Positions 8,880 to 17,899 of a stretch of DNA of 64,000 nucleotides are shown piece after piece (position 1 is the first letter of the stretch; the number at the start of each line of letters is the position of its first letter). The notes beneath the pieces are model-generated. The model was not told the DNA's origin, did not search any database, and was given only the letters and a program-made list of their open reading frames with translations. This DNA comes from Oscillospiraceae bacterium (lineage in GTDB: Bacteria > Bacillota > Clostridia > Oscillospirales > Oscillospiraceae). Where the stretch lies: contig CACWLG010000005.1 of the NCBI GenBank assembly GCA_902761635.1, positions 24,819 through 88,818 of the forward strand, read 5' to 3'. The translations under genes and the position numbers were made by a program.

Positions 8880-10592
8880 TTAATCCTGCTCACTCACCAC
8901 GCGCAGCATCTCGCTTGTGGTGGTGATGCCCTCGCGCACAAGGCGCATAGCGTTGTCATACAGGGATACGAAGCCGTTTTCGGGCTTTTTGAGCTCCTGC
9001 TCGATCTCCCCGCGGCTCGCGCCGTCGGCGATCATACGGCGCACGCGGGAGTTGATGACAAGCATTTCAAACACCGCGATACGGCCGTGATAGCCGGTGT
9101 CAAAGCAGCTTGGGCAGCCGGCGCCCTTGTAGAACTGCAGCCCATCCTGCGGCGGCAGGCCAAGCTCACTGAGCTCCTCATCGTCCGGCGTGTAGGCCGT
9201 GCGGCAGCGCGGACAGATGCGGCGCACCAGACGCTGGGAGATAACACCGCGCAGGGCGCTGGCAACCAGATAGGGCTCCACGCCGATATCCTCCAGACGC
9301 TCGATGGTGCCGACGGCGTCATTGGTGTGGATGGTGGAGATAACAACGTGGCCGGTGATGGCCGAGCGCATGGCGATCTCGGCGGTCTCGCCGTCACGGA
9401 TCTCGCCGACGCCGATGATGTCCGGGTCCTGACGCAGGATGGCGCGCAGGCCGCTGGCAAAGGTCATGCCGGTCTTCTCGTTGATCGGCACCTGGTTGAC
9501 GCCGTCAATATTGTATTCGACAGGGTCCTCAAGCGTCACCATATTGACCTCGGGCTTGTTGAGCTCGCCGATCATGGCGTACATGGTGGTGGATTTGCCG
9601 CTGCCGGTGGGGCCCACGATCAGCAGCACGCCGCTGCGGCACTTGATCATCTTGTCAAAGGTCTCCATGTCGTGCCCGCTCAGACCGATATTGTTCTTAT
9701 TAAGATTGCCGCCGGACTTGTCAAGCAGACGGGCCACGATCTTCTCACCGTACACCGTCGGCAGGGTGGATATACGCAGGTCGATGTCCTTGTCCTTCAT
9801 GCGCACGTTGAAGCGGCCGTCCTGCGGGATGCGGCGCTCGGAGATATCCAGGCCGCTCATGATTTTGATACGGGAAATGACGGAGCTCTGCAGATCCTTC
9901 GGCACGGTCAGGATCGTGCGCATCAGACCGTCGATACGCATGCGCACCACCATTTCGGCCTCGCGCGGCTCCATGTGGATATCGCTTGCGCGCTCGGTGA
10001 TGGCGCGCTCGATGATGGAGTTGACAAGGCGAATGGTCGGGGCATTGTTGACAGAATCGTCGATCTGATTGGAGACAAAGGAACTGTCCTGGATGGAGCT
10101 GTCGTTTCCCTGACCGGCGGCCGCCTCACGCTTCATCTCCTCTATGGCGCGGGCCGCGCCCTCGTTGCCGTAGAGCACCTGGATCGCGCGCTCCACCGCG
10201 GCGCTGTGGGCCACCATGGGCACGATCTTCTTGCGCACGGCCTTGCGTACCTCTTCGATGGCGTAGAAGTTGAGCGGGTCGGCCATGGCCAGATACAGCT
10301 CATCCTTCTTCATGCGCACCGGCACGACCTGGTACTGCTTGGCGATATTCTTCGGCACAACAGAGGCCAGCTCTGTCGGGATATTGATTTTGGAGAGGTC
10401 GATATACTCGATGCCGAGCTGCATCTGCAGCGCTTCGATGAGCTGATCCTCCGTGATGATGCCGTTTGCGATCAGCACCTCGCCCAGACGACCCTTCTGG
10501 GTTTTCTGAAGTTCAAGGCCGCGGTCCAGCTCTTCCTGTGTGATGGTTCCCGCTGCCAGCAGCAGCTCGCCCAGGCGGCGATAAAAGGCCAT
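8880..10592 (-). CDS. pilB: Type IV pilus assembly ATPase (GspE/PilB family) with an N-terminal MshEN-type domain
   Basis: 570 aa with a GGAGGTGG SD. Contains Walker A GPTGSGKSTT, the tetracysteine CPRC..CPSC, and a tandem RLGxxLLxxGxIxxxxLxxxLxxQ motif at residues 6-29 and 35-58. Confidence 0.9.
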   Translation of the reverse strand: MAFYRRLGELLLAAGTITQEELDRGLELQKTQKGRLGEVLIANGIITEDQLIEALQMQLGIEYIDLSKINIPTELASVVPKNIAKQYQVVPVRMKKDELYLAMADPLNFYAIEEVRKAVRKKIVPMVAHSAAVERAIQVLYGNEGAARAIEEMKREAAAGQGNDSSIQDSSFVSNQIDDSVNNAPTIRLVNSIIERAITERASDIHMEPREAEMVVRMRIDGLMRTILTVPKDLQSSVISRIKIMSGLDISERRIPQDGRFNVRMKDKDIDLRISTLPTVYGEKIVARLLDKSGGNLNKNNIGLSGHDMETFDKMIKCRSGVLLIVGPTGSGKSTTMYAMIGELNKPEVNMVTLEDPVEYNIDGVNQVPINEKTGMTFASGLRAILRQDPDIIGVGEIRDGETAEIAMRSAITGHVVISTIHTNDAVGTIERLEDIGVEPYLVASALRGVISQRLVRRICPRCRTAYTPDDEELSELGLPPQDGLQFYKGAGCPSCFDTGYHGRIAVFEMLVINSRVRRMIADGASRGEIEQELKKPENGFVSLYDNAMRLVREGITTTSEMLRVVSEQD

Positions 10593-10635
10593 GAAACATC
10601 CACCTCCAAAGAATGGTTACAATTCGGTAACTTTG

Positions 10636-10664
10636 ATTATAGCATTATCATTTTCGATTTGCAA
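10636..10664 (-). promoter_or_regulatory. Sigma-A-type promoter of pilB-pilT-pilC
   Basis: The minus strand reads TTGCAA-17 nt-TATAAT, about 45 nt upstream of the pilB ATG. Confidence 0.6.
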
Positions 10665-10737
10665 GATTTTCCTTTGCTTTTTTTGAGAGCAATCCTTTTG
10701 CCCTTTTGACAGGAAAAGGATTTGTACACCTTGCCTC

Positions 10738-10765
10738 TTGAAAAACAAATGCCGTGTGGTATAAT
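10738..10765 (+). promoter_or_regulatory. Sigma-A-type promoter of the GGDEF gene
   Basis: TTGAAA-16 nt-TATAAT, with a TGn extended -10 element. Confidence 0.55.
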
Positions 10766-10822
10766 TTTTATACAATACAACAATGGTGCATGAATTGAAG
10801 AAAAGGAGCTGTTTTCTATCGT

Positions 10823-11749
10823 ATGAATTCTTATCATCCCGTAGAACGTGAAGCGGGAGGCGTACATCGTCCCTATTTTATCATGGAGCTCAAGCTGCTG
10901 CCCTGGCAGGAGCTGCTGATTTCCGCGGTGATGATGCTGGTGCTGATCCTGGTGGTCGTGCATTTCAATGTGCCGAACCCCAATATGATCCTGATCGCCG
11001 GACTTGTGGTGAGCGCTGCGATCTTTGGCTACAACGGCGGTCTGCTGGCAGGCGGCCTCATGCTGCTGTACTCGATGTATTTCTTCTCCACTGATCACAA
11101 TTATATCAGCTATACACCCCTTAATCTGGAGAAGCTGATCGTGATTCTCATCGGCATCACAGTGGTGCTGCTTTTCGTGTGTGAGCTCAAGCGCAGCTCC
11201 ATGCGCGCCTTCAACGAGATCGACGAGCTTACCCGGAAACTGCAGGAGGACAACATCCTGCTCAAGGAGCTGTCGCTCAACGATGCGCTCACCAGCATCC
11301 GCAACCGCCTGGCCCTGCGCCACGACTTCAACAACTACATTGGCAGAGACCTGTACGTGGTGATGCTGGATGTGGACAACTTCAAGGAGATCAATGACCG
11401 GTACGGCCATGAGCAGGGCGACCGCATCCTGCGCGTCACCGGCCGGAACCTGGCCGATCAGTTCGGGCAGGAGCACTGCTACCGCTACGGCGGCGACGAG
11501 TTTCTGATCATTCTGCCGAACGCCGGCGAGACTGCGCTGCGCAACCAGATCAAGGCCGTCTTTGAACTCAGCCCCCCGCTGGACAAGAACGAGCCCGACG
11601 TCTGCGCCGGCTACTCCGTGGGCTATGCCGCGGGCCATGTCGCGGACGACCATGATCTGCGCAGGCTCTTCACCATCGCCGATGAGCGCATGTATACCGC
11701 CAAACGCGCCGGCAAGAACCAGATCGAAGGTAGCGCTGTCTCTGCCTGA
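10823..11749 (+). CDS. Membrane-bound diguanylate cyclase (GGDEF domain)
   Basis: 308 aa with about 4 N-terminal TM segments. DALTSIRNR..VVMLDVDNFKEINDRYGH..YRYGGDEFLIIL shows an intact GGDEF motif. No RxxD I-site is seen 5 residues upstream. Confidence 0.85.
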   Translation: MNSYHPVEREAGGVHRPYFIMELKLLPWQELLISAVMMLVLILVVVHFNVPNPNMILIAGLVVSAAIFGYNGGLLAGGLMLLYSMYFFSTDHNYISYTPLNLEKLIVILIGITVVLLFVCELKRSSMRAFNEIDELTRKLQEDNILLKELSLNDALTSIRNRLALRHDFNNYIGRDLYVVMLDVDNFKEINDRYGHEQGDRILRVTGRNLADQFGQEHCYRYGGDEFLIILPNAGETALRNQIKAVFELSPPLDKNEPDVCAGYSVGYAAGHVADDHDLRRLFTIADERMYTAKRAGKNQIEGSAVSA

Positions 11750-11807
11750 GCGCAAGAGAAAAAGCACGCAAATGGAAAAGCCCGTTTGCGTGCTTTTTCT
11801 CTTGCGC
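11750..11807. terminator. Long perfect hairpin (23-bp stem) between the GGDEF gene and rimM
   Basis: GCGCAAGAGAAAAAGCACGCAAA / TTTGCGTGCTTTTTCTCTTGCGC are exact reverse complements separated by a 12-nt loop. Confidence 0.6.
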
Positions 11808-11879
11808 GCCCCGCTTTTGTGTTGGCAAGCGGCAGCGCTTATGGTATACTGTTGCAATCCAAAAAGCGGGAGGCAGAGC

Positions 11880-12371
11880 ATGGAGAAGAAAACGCTGATC
11901 GAGGCCGGGCGCATCGTCAATACCCACGGCGTGCAGGGCGAGGTCAAGATTGAGGTCTGGCTGGATTCGCCCCGGTTTTTTAAAAGCTTCCGGCGCCTTG
12001 TGCTGCCGGGCGGCGGAGAGCTGAAGATCCTCTCGGCGAGAGAGCATAAGGGCTTCGTGATCGCAAGGCTTGAGGGAACGGAGGATGTGAACGCCGCCAT
12101 GCGCCTCAAGGGACAGACTGTCTTCGTCCGGCGGGAGGACGCGGCCCTGCCCCGGGGAGCCTTTTTCCTGCAGGACATCATCGGCGCGAAGGTCGAGGAT
12201 GAAGAGGGAAGGGAGATCGGCACCCTCACGGATGTCATGGAGACCCCCGCCTCCAACATATACGTGGTGCGCGGGGAGCGGGAGCATCTGATTCCCGCGG
12301 TGCCGGCGTTTATCAAGAAAACCGATGCGGACGCGGGAATCATCACCGTGCATCTGATCGAGGGAATGTAA
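11880..12371 (+). CDS. rimM: 16S rRNA processing protein RimM
   Basis: The ATG at 11880 follows a GGGAGG SD. IEAGRIVNTHGVQGEVKIEVW is the RimM N-terminal signature. The longer track ORF (starting 11562) overlaps the terminator. Confidence 0.85.
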   Translation: MEKKTLIEAGRIVNTHGVQGEVKIEVWLDSPRFFKSFRRLVLPGGGELKILSAREHKGFVIARLEGTEDVNAAMRLKGQTVFVRREDAALPRGAFFLQDIIGAKVEDEEGREIGTLTDVMETPASNIYVVRGEREHLIPAVPAFIKKTDADAGIITVHLIEGM

Positions 12372-12373
12372 AA

Positions 12374-13666
12374 ATGAAAATAGATATTCTGACGCTTTTT
12401 CCCGACACCGTCAGCGCCGTGCTGCATGAAAGCATCATCGGCCGGGCTGCCGCAAAGGGGATCGTGGACATCAGCTGTGTGCAGATCCGGGATTTCACCG
12501 AGAACAAACAGAAGCAGGTGGACGACTACCCCTACGGCGGGGGCTTCGGCTGCGTGATGATGGCGCAGCCGCTCAAGTCCTGCCTGGAGCATGTGATGCA
12601 GGGTACGGAGAATCTGCGCTCCCGCGTGATCTACCTGTCCCCCCAGGGACAGCCCTATACCCAGGAGACAGCCAAACGCCTCAACCGGGACTACGATCAT
12701 CTGGTGCTGGTCTGCGGCCACTACGAGGGTGTGGACGAGCGCTTCATCGAAGCCTGCGTGGATGAGGAAATCTCCCTCGGCGACTTCGTGCTCACCGGCG
12801 GCGAGATCGCGGCCATGGCGGTGGCGGACTCGGTGTGCCGCCTGGTGCCCGGCGTGCTGGCGGATGAACAGTGCTATACCGGAGAGAGCCACTGGGACGG
12901 CCTTCTGGAATATCCCCAGTATACCCGGCCCGAGAACTGGGAGGGGCGCAGCGTGCCCGAGGTCCTCTTAAACGGCGATCATGCCCGCATCGAGCACTGG
13001 CGGCGCAAACAACAGCTTGCGCGCACCAGGGACAAGCGCCCGGACATGTTCGCGGCCTTTGAGGCGCAGACGGAGGAGGACCGGAAGCTCCTGCACGAGC
13101 TGGAAAAAGAGCGGGGGCGGAAGAAACTCACCGAGCCTGTGACTTACCGCACTGCCTCCGAGGAGGACATCCCGCGCATTTTGGAGATTGTACAGGATGC
13201 GCGCGAGAGCCTGGCCCGCTTTCACATCGACCAGTGGCAGGGCACGTATCCGGACGCTGCCCGCTTCGAGGAGGATATCCGCCTCGGCCAGTGTTTCGTC
13301 CTGATGAACGGGACGGACATCCCGGCCTTCTTTGTGCTCAGCCCTCTGCCCGAGCCGGGCTACGACGCCATCACCGACGGCAAGTGGTCGGCGGATCTGC
13401 CCTACTGCGTGCTGCACCGTGCCGCAGCGGCGAAGGAATACCGCGGCAGCGGCGCAGCCCAGGCGCTGATCCGCTGCGCCGAGGAGCAGGCGAGGGCCTA
13501 CGGCCTCAAATGTATAAGAGTGGACACCCACAGGAAGAATAAACCGATGCAGGCACTGCTGCGGGAGAGCGGCTTCCGCTATCGGGGAAATATCCTGGTC
13601 GATTCCGAGCCGGGACACGATCCCCGCCGCCAGGCATATGAAAAGATCTTGAAGGATAAGAAATGA
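12374..13666 (+). CDS. trmD: tRNA (guanine37-N1)-methyltransferase fused to a C-terminal GNAT acetyltransferase domain
   Basis: 430 aa. The TrmD core (MKIDILTLFPD..DDYPYGGGFGCVMM..GHYEGVDER) spans about 240 aa. It is followed by a GNAT-like segment (..VLHRAAAAKEYRGSGAAQALI..ALLRESGF). Confidence 0.85.
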   Translation: MKIDILTLFPDTVSAVLHESIIGRAAAKGIVDISCVQIRDFTENKQKQVDDYPYGGGFGCVMMAQPLKSCLEHVMQGTENLRSRVIYLSPQGQPYTQETAKRLNRDYDHLVLVCGHYEGVDERFIEACVDEEISLGDFVLTGGEIAAMAVADSVCRLVPGVLADEQCYTGESHWDGLLEYPQYTRPENWEGRSVPEVLLNGDHARIEHWRRKQQLARTRDKRPDMFAAFEAQTEEDRKLLHELEKERGRKKLTEPVTYRTASEEDIPRILEIVQDARESLARFHIDQWQGTYPDAARFEEDIRLGQCFVLMNGTDIPAFFVLSPLPEPGYDAITDGKWSADLPYCVLHRAAAAKEYRGSGAAQALIRCAEEQARAYGLKCIRVDTHRKNKPMQALLRESGFRYRGNILVDSEPGHDPRRQAYEKILKDKK

Positions 13667-14532
13667 ATCTGACCGATTACAATGAGATCCGGGCCCTGCT
13701 TGCCCGGCATCAGTTCCGCTTCTCCAAATCGAAGGGGCAGAACTTCCTGACCGCCGCCTGGGTGCCGGAGGATATCGCGGCAAGCGCCGGGCTCGATGAG
13801 AACACGGGCGTACTGGAGGTCGGCCCCGGCGTCGGCTGCCTCACACAGGAGCTGAGCCTGCGCGCGGGAAAGGTCCTGAGCGTGGAGCTGGACCGTGATC
13901 TTAAGCCCGTGCTGGCCGAGACCCTGGCAGGGTGTGAAAATGTGGAGATCCTCTTTGCCGACGCGCTGAAGCTGGACCTGAACGCGCTTGTGCGGGAGCA
14001 CATGCCAGGCCTGCGTCCCGTGGTCTGCGCAAACATCCCCTATAACGTGACAAGTCCGCTGCTCACCGCCTTTCTGGAGGCCGGCTGCTTTGAGACCGTC
14101 ACCGTCATGATCCAGCGGGAGGTGGCAAAACGCATCTGCGCCGGCCCCGGTACGGCGGACTACGGCGCCTTCGGCATCTTCGTCCAGTGGCATGCGGTGC
14201 CGGAGCTCCTGTTCGATGTGCCGCCCTCCTGCTTTGTGCCGCGCCCGAAGGTGACAAGCTCGGTCGTGCGCCTAACAAGGCGCACAGCCCCGCCCATTGC
14301 GGTGCAGGACGAAAAGCTCTTTTTCCGCCTGGTGCGCGCGGCCTTCAACCAGCGGCGCAAGACCCTGGTCAACGCCCTCAGCGCCCAGATCCCGGAACTC
14401 GGGAAGGCGCAGCTTGAGGAAATCCTCTCGTCTCTTGGCTTCGATATCCGCATCCGCGGAGAGATCCTGGATATCGAGAGTTTTGCCAAAATCTCCGACG
14501 CAATTTTTCGGGCACAAACTATGGAATTTTGA
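13663..14532 (+). CDS. rsmA: 16S rRNA (adenine1518/1519-N6)-dimethyltransferase
   Basis: 289 aa. FSKSKGQNFL and VLEVGPGVGCLT are the KsgA/RsmA signatures. The start overlaps the trmD stop (ATGA). Confidence 0.9.
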   Translation: MNLTDYNEIRALLARHQFRFSKSKGQNFLTAAWVPEDIAASAGLDENTGVLEVGPGVGCLTQELSLRAGKVLSVELDRDLKPVLAETLAGCENVEILFADALKLDLNALVREHMPGLRPVVCANIPYNVTSPLLTAFLEAGCFETVTVMIQREVAKRICAGPGTADYGAFGIFVQWHAVPELLFDVPPSCFVPRPKVTSSVVRLTRRTAPPIAVQDEKLFFRLVRAAFNQRRKTLVNALSAQIPELGKAQLEEILSSLGFDIRIRGEILDIESFAKISDAIFRAQTMEF

Positions 14533-14634
14533 CGAAAAGGTATTGCGAAAAAGCAACGAATTGTGGTAAGCTATAGAGAGCTGGGAAGCAATTCAGTTTT
14601 AGTATATTTTTCTATTATGGAAAGGAAAGACAGC

Positions 14635-17481
14635 ATGAGCAAAAAGTACGTGTATCTCTTCTCTGAAGGCAACGCCGGCATGCGTGAGCTGCTCGGCGGC
14701 AAGGGCGCAAACCTCGCCGAAATGAGCAATATCGGCCTGCCCGTTCCTCAGGGCTTCACCATTACCACCGAAGCGTGCACACAGTACTATGAAGACGGCC
14801 GCCAGATCAACGACAGCATCATGGCTGAGATCATGAAGAATGTCGAGATCATGGAGCAGATCAACGGCAAAAAGTTCGGTGATCTCAAGAACCCCCTGCT
14901 GGTCTCTGTTCGTTCCGGCGCCCGCGCCTCCATGCCTGGCATGATGGATACCATCCTGAACCTCGGCCTGAATGACGATGTTGTCGCCGCCATGATCGCC
15001 GGCAACCCCGATCCTAAGTTTGAGCGCTTTGTATATGACTCCTACCGCCGCTTTATCCAGATGTTCTCCGACGTCGTTATGGAAGTCGGCAAGAAGTATT
15101 TTGAACAGCTCATCGACCAGATGAAGGAGCGCAAGGGCGTCACCTTCGATGTCGAGCTCACCGCTGCCGATCTCAAGGAGCTGGCCGAGCAGTTCAAGGC
15201 CGAGTACAAAAAGCAGATCGGTGAGGACTTCCCCTCCGATCCCGTCGTCCAGCTCAAGGAAGCGATCCGCGCCGTCTTCCGCTCCTGGGACAACCCCCGC
15301 GCCAACTACTACCGCCAGCAGAACGATATCCCCTATTCCTGGGGCACTGCCGTCAACGTCATGCCGATGGTCTTCGGCAACCTGAATGAAAACTCCGGTA
15401 CCGGCGTCGCCTTCACCCGCGACCCTGCCACCGGCGAGAAGAAGCTCATGGGCGAGTTCCTCACCAACGCCCAGGGCGAGGACGTCGTGGCCGGCGTCCG
15501 CACCCCGATGCCCATCTCCCAGATGGAGGAGAAGTTCCCCGAGGCGTATGAGCAGTTCGTCAAGGTCTGCGCCCTGCTGGAGGATCACTACCACGACATG
15601 CAGGACATGGAGTTCACCGTCGAGAACGGCAAGCTCTATATGCTCCAGTGCCGCAACGGCAAGCGCACCGCGCAGGCTGCCCTCAAGATCGCCTGCGATC
15701 TGGTGGACGAGGGCATGATCGACGAGAAGCAGGCCGTCCTGATGATCGAGCCGCGCAATCTCGATACCCTGCTCCATCCCCAGTTTGACGCGAAGGCTCT
15801 CGCGGCCGCCACACCCATCGGCAAGGGCCTGGGCGCCTCCCCCGGCGCCGCCTGCGGCAAGATCGTCTACTCCGCAGAGGACGCCAAGGCCTGGGCTGCC
15901 CGCAAGGAGAAGGTCGTCCTGGTGCGTCTGGAGACCAGCCCCGAGGATATCGAGGGCATGGCCGCAGCTCAGGGCATCCTGACCGTGCGCGGCGGTATGA
16001 CCAGCCACGCCGCCGTTGTGGCCCGCGGCATGGGCAAGTGCTGCGTCTCCGGCTGCGGCGAGATCAAGATGGACGAGGAGAACAAGAGGTTTGAGCTCGC
16101 AGGCAAGACCTACCACGAGGGCGACTTCATCTCCATCGACGGCTCCACCGGCAATATCTATGACGGGCTGATCCCCACGGTCGACGCCTCCATCGCCGGC
16201 GAGTTCGGCCGCATCATGGCTTGGGCCGACAAGTACCGCCGTCTGCAGGTGCGCACCAATGCCGACACCCCGCGCGACGCCGCCAAGGCGGTCGAGCTTG
16301 GCGCCCAGGGCATCGGCCTGACCCGTACCGAGCACATGTTCTTCGAGGGCGACCGCATCGCCGCTCTGCGTGAGATGATCTGCGCCGACACCAAGGAAGA
16401 GCGCGTTGCCGCGCTTAACAAGCTCGAGCCCATGCAGCAGGGCGATTTCGAGGGTATTTACGAGGCCATGCAGGGCTATCCTGTCACCATCCGCTACCTC
16501 GACCCGCCTCTCCATGAGTTCGTTCCCACCGAGGAAGAGGATATCAAGGCCCTTGCCAAGACCCAGGGCAAGAGCGTCGAGGACATCAAGAATATCATCA
16601 GCTCCCTGCACGAGTTCAACCCCATGATGGGTCACCGCGGCTGCCGTCTGGCCGTCACCTATCCCGAGATCGCCGAGATGCAGACCGCTGCCGTCATCAA
16701 GGCAGCACTCGCTGTCCAGGCCCGTCACCCCGAATGGAAGATGCAGCCTGAGATTATGATCCCGCTGGTGGGTGAGGTCAAGGAGCTCAAGTATGTCAAG
16801 GACGTGGTTGTCAACACCGCCGACAGGCTCATCGCCGAGGCCGGCTCCGACATGAAGTATCTGGTCGGCACCATGATCGAGATCCCGCGCGCCGCTCTGA
16901 CTGCGGACGAGATCGCCACCGAAGCCCAGTTCTTCTCCTTCGGCACCAACGACCTGACCCAGATGACCTTCGGCTTCAGCCGTGACGATGCCGGCAAGTT
17001 CCTCACCTCCTACTACGATGCCAAGATCTACGAGAGCGATCCCTTCGCCCGCGTGGACCAGAAGGGCGTCGGCAAGCTCGTGAAGATGGCCGCGACCCTG
17101 GGCCGCTCCGTCCGTCCTGACCTCCACCTGGGCGTCTGCGGCGAGCACGGCGGCGACCCGTCCTCTGTGGAGTTCTTCCACAAGGTCGGTCTCGACTACG
17201 TGTCCTGCAGCCCCTTCCGCGTTCCCATCGCCCGCCTTGCCGCCGCCCAGGCCGCAATCAAGGACGAGAAGGCCCGCGAGGCGGAGATCAAGGCCGCCGA
17301 AGCTGAGGTCAACGATAAGGTTGCTGCCGCCCAGGCTGCCCTGAAGGACGCCACCGACAAGCTCACCGCCGCTGCCGCCGATGCAAGCGCCGAGCTGGCC
17401 GACATCGCCCAGGCAGGCTTCAAGTCCCTCCTTGCCGGTTGGGAAGAGGCCAAGAAGACCTTCGGCGAGCGCAGAAAGTAA
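14635..17481 (+). CDS. ppdK: Pyruvate, phosphate dikinase with an Ala-rich C-terminal tail
   Basis: The start MSKKYVYLFSEGNAGMRELLGGKGANLAEM follows a GGAAAGGAAAG SD. The catalytic-His motif GGMTSHAAVVARG is present, as is the PEP-utilising C-terminal TIM-barrel domain. Confidence 0.9.
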   Translation: MSKKYVYLFSEGNAGMRELLGGKGANLAEMSNIGLPVPQGFTITTEACTQYYEDGRQINDSIMAEIMKNVEIMEQINGKKFGDLKNPLLVSVRSGARASMPGMMDTILNLGLNDDVVAAMIAGNPDPKFERFVYDSYRRFIQMFSDVVMEVGKKYFEQLIDQMKERKGVTFDVELTAADLKELAEQFKAEYKKQIGEDFPSDPVVQLKEAIRAVFRSWDNPRANYYRQQNDIPYSWGTAVNVMPMVFGNLNENSGTGVAFTRDPATGEKKLMGEFLTNAQGEDVVAGVRTPMPISQMEEKFPEAYEQFVKVCALLEDHYHDMQDMEFTVENGKLYMLQCRNGKRTAQAALKIACDLVDEGMIDEKQAVLMIEPRNLDTLLHPQFDAKALAAATPIGKGLGASPGAACGKIVYSAEDAKAWAARKEKVVLVRLETSPEDIEGMAAAQGILTVRGGMTSHAAVVARGMGKCCVSGCGEIKMDEENKRFELAGKTYHEGDFISIDGSTGNIYDGLIPTVDASIAGEFGRIMAWADKYRRLQVRTNADTPRDAAKAVELGAQGIGLTRTEHMFFEGDRIAALREMICADTKEERVAALNKLEPMQQGDFEGIYEAMQGYPVTIRYLDPPLHEFVPTEEEDIKALAKTQGKSVEDIKNIISSLHEFNPMMGHRGCRLAVTYPEIAEMQTAAVIKAALAVQARHPEWKMQPEIMIPLVGEVKELKYVKDVVVNTADRLIAEAGSDMKYLVGTMIEIPRAALTADEIATEAQFFSFGTNDLTQMTFGFSRDDAGKFLTSYYDAKIYESDPFARVDQKGVGKLVKMAATLGRSVRPDLHLGVCGEHGGDPSSVEFFHKVGLDYVSCSPFRVPIARLAAAQAAIKDEKAREAEIKAAEAEVNDKVAAAQAALKDATDKLTAAAADASAELADIAQAGFKSLLAGWEEAKKTFGERRK

Positions 17482-17545
17482 ACCCCTCCAAAGCGTTGGG
17501 GCGATTCACGAATCGCCCGCATCTTCGGAATGATAACATGCAGAA

Positions 17546-17574
17546 GCCGCGTCCCATCCGGGGCGCGGCTTTTG
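17546..17574 (+). terminator. Rho-independent terminator after ppdK
   Basis: GCCGCGTCCC / GGGGCGCGGC form a 10-bp stem with one G-U pair and an ATCC loop, followed by TTTTGC. Confidence 0.7.
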
Positions 17575-17716
17575 CAAATTCCGCCTGACAACATTGTACA
17601 ATGAAAATGCAGCCGATCAGGTGAATCTGCCTGACCGGCTGCATTATGGATACGGCAGAGCTTCAAGATACAATCGCAGCACAAAAGGGACAAGCGCTTT
17701 CATAGCACCCCCTGCC

Positions 17717-17745
17717 TTGCCAAACGGCGGCGCGTCCGGTATAAT
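17717..17745 (+). promoter_or_regulatory. Sigma-A-type promoter P1 upstream of the nuclease gene
   Basis: TTGCCA-17 nt-TATAAT. Confidence 0.5.
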
Positions 17746-17783
17746 GGGAGCGCAAATCAGGCTCGCTTGAGCGTGAAAAAGCA

Positions 17784-17812
17784 TTGAAGATGCGGCGGCG
17801 ATGGTCTATAAT
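17784..17812 (+). promoter_or_regulatory. Sigma-A-type promoter P2 upstream of the nuclease gene
   Basis: TTGAAG-17 nt-TATAAT. It overlaps the track's ATG at 17801, which argues against that start. Confidence 0.45.
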
Positions 17813-17899
17813 AGGAGAAAAATGGGAGCGATGTGCAAACGGAACACACGGCGATCCCCGGGAAGCGAGGTGTCAGGGCGGACTTTGGCCCGAGAACCG

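Noticed and set aside
10691-10722. A 9-bp inverted repeat (AATCCTTTT..14 nt..AAAAGGATT) between the divergent pilB and GGDEF promoters, considered as a possible operator.
   Set aside because: It is short and AT-rich with a long spacer, and there is no regulator gene nearby to pair it with. It could easily arise by chance.
143-17181. Other long shadow ORFs opposite well-supported genes: 143-1864(-), 6516-7403(+), 7840-8883(+), 9087-10709(+), 10637-12892(-), 12968-13783(-), 14599-17181(-).
   Set aside because: Each overlaps a gene with strong family signatures (AAA ATPase, pilC, pilT, pilB, rimM/trmD, ppdK). They cross terminators or promoters and encode His/Arg/Gly/Leu-rich low-complexity sequence.
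17607-17644. A 15-bp imperfect hairpin (ATGCAGCCGATCAGG / CCTGACCGGCTGCAT) in the ppdK-nuclease spacer.
   Set aside because: It follows an already adequate ppdK terminator, has no + strand T-tract, and no minus-strand gene needs it. It may be a secondary terminator or have no function, and the evidence is insufficient to call it.
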